Part shown: positions 31,374 through 42,073 of the stretch, piece by piece
How positions within the stretch are numbered: position 1 is the stretch's first letter
Layout of the letters: each line of letters opens with the position of its first letter
The notes under the pieces: model-generated
Told to the model about the DNA's origin: nothing
The model's input: the letters and a program-made list of their open reading frames with translations, nothing else
Databases searched by the model: none
Made by a program: the position numbers and the translations under genes
From: an uncultured delta proteobacterium
GTDB lineage: Bacteria; Myxococcota_A; Polyangia; Palsa-1104
Reading direction: 5' to 3'
DNA length: 64,000 bases
Assembly (NCBI GenBank): GCA_963785725.1
Contig: CAWAWS010000026.1
Span: 32,001 to 96,000 of the forward strand

Positions 31374-33602
31374 CTATTGGTTCGACTGCGCGGCCACCAG
31401 CTGGCGATAGGCGCCCGACCGCGCCATCAGCTCGTCATGCCGCCCAGACTCGACGACGCGCCCTTGATCCATGACCAAGATGAGATCGGCCCGCTGCACC
31501 GTGCTCAGCCGGTGCGCGATGACGACGCGCGTGCACTGCAACGCCGCCAGCGCCGCGTGGATGTGCGACTCGGTCACCGAATCGAGCGCGCTCGTGGCTT
31601 CGTCGAGCAGGAGCACCGCCGGCTTGCGCACGAGCGCCCGCGCCAGCGCCAGTCGCTGCCGCTGCCCGCCCGAGATCGACTCGCCGCGATCGAGCAGGAG
31701 CGTGTGATAGCCCATCGGCATGGCCACGATGTCGTCGTGAATCTGCGCCACTTTCGCCGCCGCGATGATGGCGTCCATCGACAGCGACGGGTCGGAGAGC
31801 GCGATGTTCTCGCGAATGCTGGCGCCGAACAGGTGGTGCGATTGCGTCACGATGCCCATCTGCTGGCGCAGCGAACGAAAATCGAGCTCGCCCAGCTCCA
31901 CGCCGTCGAACAGGATCTTGCCTGCCGTCGGGCGATAGAGGCCGATGAGCAGGTGCGCCATCGTCGTCTTGCCCGCGCCCGAACGGCCGACGACGGCCAC
32001 GAACTGGCCCGGCTCGACCGTGACCGACACGTCCTGCACGACGAACGGCGCCAGCGCGCCATAACGGAAGGACACGCGATCGAGCACGATGCTGCCCGAC
32101 AGCCGATGCGTCCGCCGTGCCGCCGACTCCTGCTCGGGCGGCGTGTCGAGCACGTCGTTGAGCCGCTCGAGATAGCGACCCATCAGCTCCAGCTGCAGCG
32201 CGGTGTCGACCAGCTTCGACAGCGGATAGAGGAAGCCGACGGCCAGCGCGTCGAACGCCAGCATCGCGCCGAGCGACAGCTTGCCCGAGAGCACCAACAT
32301 GGCGCCGATGGCCAAGATGCACAAGGGCGAGCCGAGGCGCAGCGCCGACGTCACCGCCTCGACGGTGATGCCGAGCCGGCCGCGCTCGAGCGACGCGTTG
32401 AGCACGTCGACGAACAGCCCCGACCAGTGCGACACCGCGCGATGCTCGGCGCCCATCGACTTCAGCGTCTCCATGCTCGTCAGCATCTCGACTTCGTAGC
32501 TCTGCGACTTGGACTCGATTTGCAGGCTGCGCGCCGCCAAGTCGCGCTGTTTTCGCCGCGAAAAGAGGTAGACGAGCACGTTGGCGAAGCCGAAGCCGAT
32601 GACGAGCGCGGCCATGAGCGGGCTCATCACCAGCATGACGACGAGATAGAGCGTGACCAAAAAGCCGTCGAGGATGCCGGACAAGACGCCCGACGTCAGC
32701 ATCTCGCGCACGGTGGCGTTGGAGTTGAGCCGCATCATGAGATCGCCGGCCGAGCGCAGCTGAAAGTAGGAGTAGGGCAGCCGCGTCAGGTGATCGAGGA
32801 AGCCGAGCGTCATGCGCGCGTCGACGAGCGTGCGTAAATGCAGCAGCAGATGGCCGCGCACGAGCGTCGCCACGAAGTCGAAGACGAGCATGCCGCCGAC
32901 GGCCGCGCAGAGGACGACGAGCAGGCGTTCGTCGCTGCGCGGCACCACTTTGTCGACGAGCTGCGCCGTCAAGAGCGGCACCGCCAGCGCCGCCAGCTGC
33001 ACGATGAGCGACGTGACCAAGATGCGCGGCAAGAGGCCCGAGCGACCGAGCACCGAGCGCACCGTCGGCCACAAGCGGCTCTTGGAGCGCTCTTGCGGCA
33101 TGAAGCCCTCGCCGGGCTCGAGCAGCAGCGCCACGCCGGTGAACTGCTTGCCGAACTCGCTCATCGGCACGCGCCGGCGGCCGGCGGCCGGATCGACAAT
33201 CTCGACGCTGTCCTTGCGCAGCTTCTCGAAGACGACGAAGTGGTTGAACGACCAATGCAGGATCGTGCCCGGATCGATGAGCTCGAGCTGGTCAATCTCG
33301 ACCTTGACCGCGCGGCCACGCAAGCCGTAGAGGCTGGCGGCGTCGAGCAGCGTGAGCGCGTTGACGCCGTCGCGGTTCACGGCGCAGGTCTCGCGAATCT
33401 CCTCGAGCGGCACCTCTTTGCCGAAGTAGCCGAGCACCATCGTCAGGCAGGCGGCGCCGCACTCGGTGCCGGCGAGCTGCTGCACGAGCGGGATGCGCCG
33501 CCCGCGCCGGCCGAGCCGTTTGAGCTCGGGATAGCGCTCGGGCAGCGGCGCGTCGCCCGCGTCCCCATCGACCGCATGTTGCGGCGTGCGTTCAGTTGCC
33601 AT
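31374..33602 (-). CDS. Peptidase-containing ABC transporter (C39 + TMD + NBD; PCAT/LanT-like)
   Basis: QQLAGTECGAACL (catalytic Cys), LHWSFNHFVV (His), IVDP (Asp); GRSGAGKTT, ISGGQRQR, LLDEATSALD, IAHRL. Confidence 0.93.
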   Translation of the reverse strand: MATERTPQHAVDGDAGDAPLPERYPELKRLGRRGRRIPLVQQLAGTECGAACLTMVLGYFGKEVPLEEIRETCAVNRDGVNALTLLDAASLYGLRGRAVKVEIDQLELIDPGTILHWSFNHFVVFEKLRKDSVEIVDPAAGRRRVPMSEFGKQFTGVALLLEPGEGFMPQERSKSRLWPTVRSVLGRSGLLPRILVTSLIVQLAALAVPLLTAQLVDKVVPRSDERLLVVLCAAVGGMLVFDFVATLVRGHLLLHLRTLVDARMTLGFLDHLTRLPYSYFQLRSAGDLMMRLNSNATVREMLTSGVLSGILDGFLVTLYLVVMLVMSPLMAALVIGFGFANVLVYLFSRRKQRDLAARSLQIESKSQSYEVEMLTSMETLKSMGAEHRAVSHWSGLFVDVLNASLERGRLGITVEAVTSALRLGSPLCILAIGAMLVLSGKLSLGAMLAFDALAVGFLYPLSKLVDTALQLELMGRYLERLNDVLDTPPEQESAARRTHRLSGSIVLDRVSFRYGALAPFVVQDVSVTVEPGQFVAVVGRSGAGKTTMAHLLIGLYRPTAGKILFDGVELGELDFRSLRQQMGIVTQSHHLFGASIRENIALSDPSLSMDAIIAAAKVAQIHDDIVAMPMGYHTLLLDRGESISGGQRQRLALARALVRKPAVLLLDEATSALDSVTESHIHAALAALQCTRVVIAHRLSTVQRADLILVMDQGRVVESGRHDELMARSGAYRQLVAAQSNQ

Positions 33603-34581
33603 CGTTCACGAATCCGCGCAGACCAGGGACGAGCGCCGTCGCGACGCGCTGGCTGCGTACGCGCGCCTCGGCGCTGCCGGGCAGCCCCTCGTAAAAGCGC
33701 AAGGTCTTGTCGTCGTTGACGAAGGTGTGCGCCGGCAAGCTCGCCTTGACGAGCACGACCGGGCCTTCGATGACCGTCGCGTCGCCCAACTCCTGGCCCA
33801 AGTAGCGCTTGGCTTCGGCCGGGCCGACGACGTCGTCGCCGACGCTGTCGATGCTGAGGTGCTCGAGCGCGTGCGGAAAGCCGGCCAAGCGCAACACCAG
33901 CGGCTGACCGACGGCGATGAGCGGACGATAACGGCCGGGCAGGAAGGCGACGACGACGAAGCGCGCGTCATCGCCGACGAGCGACAGCGCCAAGTCGCCG
34001 GCCGCCAGCAGCTGTCCCGGCCGAATGCGCACGTCGCTGACGACGCCGGCGCGCGGCGATCGCAGCGAGCGCTCGGCCACGCGCGCCTCGGCCTGCTCCT
34101 TTTGCGCGCGCAAGGAGGTCAACGCCTGACGCACGCCGGTGTCGCCGGGATCGCGCAGCAGCTTGATGAGGTTGCCCTCGATCTCGCCCTTCAACACCGT
34201 CAGCTCGGCCTGCTCTTGCGCCATGTAAAAGCGCACCAGCAGCTGTCCCGCTTGCACGTGCTGGCCGGGCTGCACCTCGACGGACGCGACGGTGCCGGGC
34301 GCGGTGGCGGTCAGGTCGGTGCGGCCTTCGACGCGCACAATCGCCGGCCCCGTGGCCCACTCGCCGACGCTGGCGAAGACGCAGAACGAGACGGTGCCGG
34401 CGATGACGAGGACCAAGATCACGTAGGCCCAGCGCGTCCAGTTGGGGGACAGGTGCAAGAGCTCACCGTTGCCGCCGTTGTCGTCGAGCGCCGATAGAGC
34501 CGCCTTGCGGAAGATGCCGCTCTGCTCGCGCGGGCGCTCCGTCGTCTCGTCGGTCGAGCTGTCGTCGTGGGTCGCCGGCAT
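33592..34581 (-). CDS. HlyD-family membrane fusion protein
   Basis: IFRKAAL N-terminal motif, one TM segment, lipoyl-like halves GTVASVEVQPGQHVQAGQLL and SPRAGVVSDV. Overlaps the PCAT start. Confidence 0.85.
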   Translation of the reverse strand: MPATHDDSSTDETTERPREQSGIFRKAALSALDDNGGNGELLHLSPNWTRWAYVILVLVIAGTVSFCVFASVGEWATGPAIVRVEGRTDLTATAPGTVASVEVQPGQHVQAGQLLVRFYMAQEQAELTVLKGEIEGNLIKLLRDPGDTGVRQALTSLRAQKEQAEARVAERSLRSPRAGVVSDVRIRPGQLLAAGDLALSLVGDDARFVVVAFLPGRYRPLIAVGQPLVLRLAGFPHALEHLSIDSVGDDVVGPAEAKRYLGQELGDATVIEGPVVLVKASLPAHTFVNDDKTLRFYEGLPGSAEARVRSQRVATALVPGLRGFVNDGN

Positions 34582-34582
34582 G

Positions 34583-35473
34583 TCAGCGCGCCTGCGCCCG
34601 TTCGCCTTCGTCGTCGAGGGTGACGCGCCCGACCATGCCGTCGGACAGCTTGGCGAGCACGGCCGCCGGCGCTTCGACGCGCCCGACGGCGAAGATGACG
34701 CGCGCCGCGGTGTCGACCTCCGGCGCCACGCTCTCGACGCGGATGGGCAGCGGACGGGCGAGCGACTTGACCGTCAGCCAGGCGCGCATGCCGGCGCTGA
34801 CGCGACCCGCGCTCTCCTCGGTCACGGCGAAGCGCACGCGCGCGTCACGCGAGCCGAGCAGGCGCACCACCGGTCGCGTCGGGCCGGCCATCGCGCCGGC
34901 GTCGACGTAGCGCTGCGCGACGACGCCATCGAAGGGCGCGCGCAGCCGGGCGTCGGTGACGAGCGTGCGCAGCTCGTCGACGCGCGCCTTCTTGTCGAGC
35001 ACCATCACCCGCGCGTTCGAGATTTCCTCGACCGAGAGCACGCCTTCGGCCAAGCCCGACCGGCGCTTCAGGCGCTCGCGCGCGTCGGCGAGCGAGGCTT
35101 CGGCCAGCGCCAGCGCCTGTCGGGCGGCGCGCGTGTCGAGCTCGGCCACGACGCCGCCGCGCACCACGTGATCGCCGGGCTTGACCTTCACCGCCAAGAG
35201 GCGCCCGTCGATCTTGGGCGCCAGCTCGACCGATTCGCCGCTCAAGACGACGCCGAGAAAGTCGGCGTGCACTGCCGCCGCGGCCGTCTCCGTCGGGTCG
35301 ATGGTCGCATTGGGCGGCGTCGTCGGCGGCGCGGCGGTCGTGGGCGGCGCGTGCGCATGCGGCGGACGCGTCAACAGGCCGGCGAGCGCGCCCAGGCCGA
35401 CGACTGTCACCATCGCAAATAGGACCGAGAGACGCACCAAAGGCACCGTAGCAGACGGAAGGGCGCGCGTCAT
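34583..35473 (-). CDS. RND-type periplasmic adaptor subunit
   Basis: GRLLAVKVKPGDHVVRGGVVAELD, LRAPFDGVVAQRYVDAG, VAPEVD, GMVGRV. ATGA-type overlap with tolC. Confidence 0.82.
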   Translation of the reverse strand: MTRALPSATVPLVRLSVLFAMVTVVGLGALAGLLTRPPHAHAPPTTAAPPTTPPNATIDPTETAAAAVHADFLGVVLSGESVELAPKIDGRLLAVKVKPGDHVVRGGVVAELDTRAARQALALAEASLADARERLKRRSGLAEGVLSVEEISNARVMVLDKKARVDELRTLVTDARLRAPFDGVVAQRYVDAGAMAGPTRPVVRLLGSRDARVRFAVTEESAGRVSAGMRAWLTVKSLARPLPIRVESVAPEVDTAARVIFAVGRVEAPAAVLAKLSDGMVGRVTLDDEGERAQAR

Positions 35474-36841
35474 AGCTGACCCGTCGCCGCCAAGAGCGCG
35501 GCCTCGGCTTCGGCCGTGGCCACCGACGCGTCCATCAAGTCGCCCTCGAGCTGCGCCAGATCCGTCTGCGCCAGCAGCATCTCGACCAGCAGCGCCTCGC
35601 CGACCAGGTAGCGCTTGGACAGGAGCTCGAGCGCCCGCCGGGCCGAGGCCACGGCGTCGGCGACCAGCGTCTTGCGTTCGAGCGCGGTGCGCAGCCGGCC
35701 GTGCGCGCTCTGCACGTCGGCGCGCACCTGATAGCGCGTGCGCTCGACGTCGAGCCGGGCGCGATCGCGCAGGAAGCCGGCGTCGCGCACCGCCGTCCAC
35801 GTCGACAGCGTGTCGAAGAAGATCCAATCGACGCGTACGCCCGCGAACGCCGTGAACACCAGTTGCTCGTTCGCCTCCGCCAGCGAGTGCACTTCGGCCG
35901 ACGTGCCAAAGTAATCCTGGTTCCCCAGCGTCGCCTGGCCGAACAGCGAGACCTGCGGCCAATAGCCGCCTTTGGCCGCCCGCACCGCCTGCACCTGCGC
36001 GTCGACGATCGCGCCGCGCGCCTGCAGCTCCGGCCGCTGCCGCTCGGCCGCGTCGAGCGCCTGCGGCAACGGCGGCAGCGGCGGGGCGTGCGCCGCCGGA
36101 TCTTCGCTCAGCGCGAGCGGCTCCTCGACTTGCAGCGCCGCGCCCAGCTGCGCCCGCGCCACCAGCTGCTGCGATTCGATGGCGTTGACCGTCTCCGCCT
36201 GCCGCATGCTCGAGACGTGGGCGCGCTCGTAGTCGACCTGCGGCGCGATGCCCGCCGACACGCGCGTCTTGGCCGCGCGCTCGATGGCTTGCGTCCGATC
36301 GAGCGCGCGCCGCGCCACTTGCAGCGCCAGCTCGGCGCGGCGCACCTCCCAATAGGCGTTGGCGGCGTCGAGCCCGATGGCGTTGAGCGCGGCGCGGCGG
36401 CCGGCCTCGCTGGCGCGCTCGTTGGCGCGCGCGCCGGCCAGGTGCGCCTCGACGGTGAAGCCGCTCCACACCGGGACGGTCAGGTTCGCCGTCAAGGCGT
36501 AGGGATGCGACTCGATGGGACACTGCGACGACGGCGGTGGATTCGGCATCGACGGCGACGTCGCGGTGTCGAGCCCGCACACGACCTGCGCGCTCAGGCC
36601 GGTGCTACGATAGACGCCGGCCTGCTCGTTGAAGGTCGCCTCCAGCGTCAAATGGGCGCGCTCGAGCTTGGCGCGCAAGCGTGTTCAGCTCCGCGCGGCG
36701 CATATCGACTTCGGCCTGGCCGACTTCGGCGCGACGACCGCGCGCCAGCGCGATGGCGTCGGCCAGCGACAGCTGCCGATCGGCGCGCGCCGGCGCCGTC
36801 ACGGCCAGCAGCGCGGCAATCCCGAGGGTGCGACGAACCAT
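35470..36841 (-). CDS. TolC-family outer membrane efflux protein (frameshift near 36680)
   Basis: Signal peptide then LSLADAIALA; ANAYWEV, QRPEL, AKGGYWPQVSL, RYLVGEA..VEML.AQ. Confidence 0.83.
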
Positions 36842-36964
36842 GGCGCCATATGAGCACACTCGGCGCGCCCGGGCGCGTAACAGCGCTCACTGGATCAGGA
36901 AAAAACGCAATCGCATTCGTGGCTTGGCGAGCTACAGCAGGGTGGCGAGCGGTGGCGCCGGAGG

Positions 36965-37444
36965 CTACTTTTGCGCCGTCTCCAGCTGCTCCCAGCGCTT
37001 GGTGACGTCGAGCGCCTCGCCGGTCTCCAGGAACGTCTTCAGGCTCGACAAGATCGCCGGCCAGCCGCTCTGGATGCGCCCATCGACGCTCGAGCCGGGC
37101 TCGTAGGCTTCGTGCACGACCGTGAGCTTGACGTTCTTGGGCCCGGCGGCCTCGATCGAGAACGTCACCTTCGTGGCCGGCGGCGACGCCGCGCCCGCGG
37201 GCACGCGAAGGCCCCAGCGCAGCACGAGCTTTTGCGGCTTGTCGACCTCCAACACCTGCAGCTGCGCCATGTCGGGATCGCCGTTGCGCTTCTTGAAGTC
37301 GACGATCGAGCCCACCTTCCAGTCGGACTCGATGGCGCGGCCGGCCCAATATTCCTGCGTGAAGCGTTTGTCTGTCAGCGCCTCCCACAGTCGCTCCGCC
37401 GTCGTGTTGATATAGGTGACATACACAAAATCAGGCTTCGTCAT
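36965..37444 (-). CDS. SRPBCC/AHSA1-like domain protein
   Basis: FVYVTYINTTAERLWEALTD..FTQEYW, ESDWKVGS, GWPAILSSLKTFLETG; GGAGG SD. Confidence 0.87.
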   Translation of the reverse strand: MTKPDFVYVTYINTTAERLWEALTDKRFTQEYWAGRAIESDWKVGSIVDFKKRNGDPDMAQLQVLEVDKPQKLVLRWGLRVPAGAASPPATKVTFSIEAAGPKNVKLTVVHEAYEPGSSVDGRIQSGWPAILSSLKTFLETGEALDVTKRWEQLETAQK

Positions 37445-37751
37445 CGTCATCCTCCAGTCCACGTTTCAACGCCGCCAGCGCGCGTAGGCGGCTCTTCTCG
37501 TACTTCCCGATCCAGCGCTCGTAGATTTCGCCGATCGGCACCGGGTTGAGATAGTGCAGCTTCTCGCGTCCGTTCTTGACGGTGACGACGAGCCGCGCCG
37601 CTTCCAGCAGCGCCAGATGCTTGGTCACCGCCTGCCGGCTCATCGCCACATGCGCACACAGCGCGTGCAACGTCTGACCGTTCTCTTCGAACAGCCGATC
37701 GAGGAGCTCGCGCCGCGTGGCATCGGCGAGCGCCTTGAAGACGTCGTCCAC
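37431..37751 (-). CDS. ArsR family regulator
   Basis: VFKALADATRRELLDRL...GQTL..L...MSRQAVTKHLALLEAA.LV...GREKLHYLNPVPI. Confidence 0.9.
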   Translation of the reverse strand: MDDVFKALADATRRELLDRLFEENGQTLHALCAHVAMSRQAVTKHLALLEAARLVVTVKNGREKLHYLNPVPIGEIYERWIGKYEKSRLRALAALKRGLEDDDDEA

Positions 37752-37757
37752 GAGCCC

Positions 37758-37786
37758 AGAATGGCAACCAAATAGTTGCCTGTCAA
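37758..37786 (-). promoter_or_regulatory. Sigma-70-type promoter with operator palindrome in the spacer (probably leaderless arsR)
   Basis: Minus strand TTGACA-17 nt-CATTCT-6 nt-GTG; palindrome GGCAAC-caaata-GTTGCC at 37763-37780. Confidence 0.65.
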
Positions 37787-37828
37787 CTGGGGTCTATCGA
37801 ACGTGCGATAAGGAAGCGGGCGTAGGCG

Positions 37829-38281
37829 TTAGAGCTTCTTGAGGACTTCGAGCGATTCGGCGACGTGCTGCTTGACGCGCAGCTGCGAGCGGAAGACGTG
37901 GCGCACGATGCCCGACTTGTCGATGATGAACGTCTCGCGGCCGGCCAACACGCCCAGCGTCGACTTGACGCCGTATTGCGCGCGCACTTTGCCGCCTTCG
38001 TCGGTGACGAACTGCATCGGCAGGTTGTGCTTGCCGGCGAACTGCTGATGCGACGCCAGCGAGTCGCTGCTGATGCCGATGACCTCGGCGCCGGCGGCCA
38101 CGAAGTCTTCGTAGGCGTCGCGGAAGCTGCACGCTTCGACGGTGCAGCCGGGCGACGAGTCCTTCGGGTAAAAGAAGAGCACGACGTTCTTCTTGCCGAC
38201 GAAGTCGGACAGCTTCAGCTCGCCGCCGCGCAACGCCGGCAGCACGAACTCGGGCGCTCTTTGACCGACCGCGATGCTCAT
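37829..38281 (-). CDS. bcp: Peroxiredoxin Bcp/PrxQ
   Basis: FFYPKDSSPGCTVEACSFRD, IGISSD, RETFIIDKSG. Confidence 0.9.
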   Translation of the reverse strand: MSIAVGQRAPEFVLPALRGGELKLSDFVGKKNVVLFFYPKDSSPGCTVEACSFRDAYEDFVAAGAEVIGISSDSLASHQQFAGKHNLPMQFVTDEGGKVRAQYGVKSTLGVLAGRETFIIDKSGIVRHVFRSQLRVKQHVAESLEVLKKL

Positions 38282-38697
38282 GACTCGACCACGAGCTTGA
38301 CGTCGATGTTGCCCTTCGTCGCCAGCGAATATGGGCAGACGCCGTGCGCGGCTTCCATGAGCGCCTTGGCCTCTTCGGGCGTGCGGCCGGCTATCTTGCC
38401 GTGCAGCTCGACCGACAGGCCGAAGCCGCCCGCGTCCGTCTTGTTGAGCGTGACGTGGGCCGTGATGTGCGCGTCCTCGACCGGCTTGTGCTGCATGCGC
38501 GCCACCAGGCGCAGCGCGCTCTCGAAGCAGGCGGCGTAGCCGGCCGCGAACAGCTGCTCCGGATTCGTCGCCTGGCCGCCCGGGCCGCCGAGCGACTTCG
38601 GCATCGCCAGCGCCAGATCGAGCGCCGGATCGTCCGCGTGAATCTTTCCTTCGCGCCCACCATGGGCCGTGACGATGGCGGTATAGAGCGGTGTCAT
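38278..38697 (-). CDS. ohr: Organic hydroperoxide resistance protein Ohr
   Basis: LYTA...GGREG, TNPEQLFAAGYAACF, AHGVCPYS.ATKGNI. Confidence 0.94.
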   Translation of the reverse strand: MTPLYTAIVTAHGGREGKIHADDPALDLALAMPKSLGGPGGQATNPEQLFAAGYAACFESALRLVARMQHKPVEDAHITAHVTLNKTDAGGFGLSVELHGKIAGRTPEEAKALMEAAHGVCPYSLATKGNIDVKLVVES

Positions 38698-39173
38698 GAG
38701 GTCTTCTCCTTTTGCGCGCCGTCGGCGCGCGTCGCTTCCAGTAGCCGCAAGAGCTCGCGGCGAAGACGAGCCAGCTCCGTGACGGAGAGGCCCATTTTAC
38801 AGACCATCGACTGCGGAATCTGCTTGGCCGACCGCTTGAGCCGCTTGCCCGCCGTCGTCAGCCACACGCCGACGACGCGTGCATCCTCGGCCGAGCGCCG
38901 CCGTTGCACGAGCCCGGCCGTCTCGAGGCGCGTCACGAGAGGCGTCAGCGTGCCCGAGTCGAGCATCAGCCGCTCGCCCAGCCGCCGCACCGACGCGCCG
39001 TCGGTCTCCCACAAGACCAGCAGCACCAAATACTGCGGATACGTGATGCCGAGCGGCGCCAACAGCGGCTGATACAGCTGCACCACCGCCCGACTGGCGC
39101 CATAGAGCGCGAAGCAGAGCTGGTGGTCCAGCTTGAGCCACTCGTCCTCGTGATCCGGCGGCGCCATGTCCAT
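38694..39173 (-). CDS. ohrR: OhrR (MarR family) regulator
   Basis: LKLDHQLCFALY, ITYPQYLVLLVLWE, LDSGTLTPL..RLE, RRRSAEDAR.V; translationally coupled to ohr. Confidence 0.9.
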   Translation of the reverse strand: MDMAPPDHEDEWLKLDHQLCFALYGASRAVVQLYQPLLAPLGITYPQYLVLLVLWETDGASVRRLGERLMLDSGTLTPLVTRLETAGLVQRRRSAEDARVVGVWLTTAGKRLKRSAKQIPQSMVCKMGLSVTELARLRRELLRLLEATRADGAQKEKTS

Positions 39174-39199
39174 AGGATGTCGCGCTCGATTGAATCGTT

Positions 39200-39214
39200 T
39201 GCAATTAAATTGTG
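39200..39214. promoter_or_regulatory. OhrR operator
   Basis: TGCAATT-A-AATTGTG inside an AT-rich patch, matching the TACAATT-N-AATTGTA OhrR box. Confidence 0.75.
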
Positions 39215-39229
39215 TAAAATCTAATTTCG

Positions 39230-39754
39230 TCAGCTGCCGAGAAACACGTAACGGGCGGAGTAGGGCACGCGCGTGACGCGGTCGGCGTGGGCGGCGTCGC
39301 AGCCGTCGGCCGGCGCTTTTCCGCCTTGGGTGGCGAGGCGTTGCACGAAGCGGACGGCGCCGAGGACGCCGGCGCCGTGGTGCTCTTTGACCGACAGGAG
39401 CAGCCACGGGATGGCGGCGGCGTCGGGCGCGTCGGCCTTGGTGACGAGCGCGCCGACGATCTGGCTGCCGTCGCGCCATTCCCACGTCGGTCCGGCGAAG
39501 TGGCGGCCGAGGCGCTGGCCGTTCGCGTCGTTCAAGACGGCGTCGGGGCCGCGCAAGGTCCAGGCGAAGGCGCCGTCTTTGCCGGCGGCGCAGACGTAAT
39601 CTTGCGTGCCGGTGGCGTCGGCGGCGACGACGATGCGCGTGCCGGCGGGCGCGGCGAGGGCCGCGGGCGCGACGCTCTCGACGCGCGTGGCCGCGCAGCC
39701 CGCCAAGAGTGACAACTGCATGACAGCGACGGTGGCACGGCGCAGGCGCGGCAT
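39230..39754 (-). CDS. DUF3455 family lipoprotein
   Basis: Lipobox LLAG-C; GTQDYVC, GRHFAGPTWE..DGS, AIPWLLL, VQRL.T.GG.AP, VPYSA.Y.F. Confidence 0.83.
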   Translation of the reverse strand: MPRLRRATVAVMQLSLLAGCAATRVESVAPAALAAPAGTRIVVAADATGTQDYVCAAGKDGAFAWTLRGPDAVLNDANGQRLGRHFAGPTWEWRDGSQIVGALVTKADAPDAAAIPWLLLSVKEHHGAGVLGAVRFVQRLATQGGKAPADGCDAAHADRVTRVPYSARYVFLGS

Positions 39755-39797
39755 GCGCGAACCATATCATGCGCCCGCGGCGGAGTTGGCTCGGACC

Positions 39798-41410
<1,613 letters not shown>

Positions 41411-41507
41411 GCATTGACGATAACACCGCGTGCCGCTGCGCGACCGATGCGCGCTGCGTCATCACCGCAGAATCATGCGCATCGCCGGAACTATAGTGCG
41501 CGCAGCG

Positions 41508-42002
41508 TCAGCGGCGCTTGGTGGGCGTGCGCGTCGCGGCGGCGAGACCGTCGAGCGAAATCTTCGCCGTCTCGCTGTGCTCGGACGAAGCCATCGTCTG
41601 CCCGCGCCGCGTGCCCGTCGAGCGCGCCTGATTGCGCTCGGCGCAGGGCGCGGAACAGCAGACCGGATTGCGCCTGTCGACGCCGAAGCGCTTGCCGCAC
41701 TCGACGCACATGCGCTCGGAGCCGGCGACCGAGTTGTAGACGGGCGCGATCTCGGTGCGGACGAACGTCGCCCACTCGTCGGCGCTCGGCAGCCGCGCCG
41801 CGAAGTTTCCTGCCGCTTGCTGCAGCATGCGCAGCCGCGCCGCCGCCTCGTCGCCGAGCACGGGCTTCTTGACGCCGGTGCGCGGATCGCGCTCGCGCCC
41901 TTCCTTCTCGGCCCAAATCCACAGCGGATCGGGCGTCTTGTCACCGTCGCTGGCGGACGGAATCGGTCGAGTGGGGCGCTTCTTCGAGTTGTCCAAGTGC
42001 AC
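41508..42002 (-). CDS. Hypothetical protein with C-terminal Cys cluster (CGNR-like zinc finger)
   Basis: CVECGKRF....RNPVCCSAPCAER. Start uncertain. Confidence 0.5.
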   Translation of the reverse strand: MHLDNSKKRPTRPIPSASDGDKTPDPLWIWAEKEGRERDPRTGVKKPVLGDEAAARLRMLQQAAGNFAARLPSADEWATFVRTEIAPVYNSVAGSERMCVECGKRFGVDRRNPVCCSAPCAERNQARSTGTRRGQTMASSEHSETAKISLDGLAAATRTPTKRR

Positions 42003-42073
42003 TCCGTCCGCGCATCATATCATGTTCCGCACGAACTGAAGGCTGGGTTACGACTTCAGCGCGCGCGAAATCG

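Noticed and set aside
41470..41500. BzdR/BoxR-like operator (CTATAGTGCG) upstream of the benzoate-CoA ligase
   Set aside because: Only a partial match, and no cognate regulator or box genes in the window.
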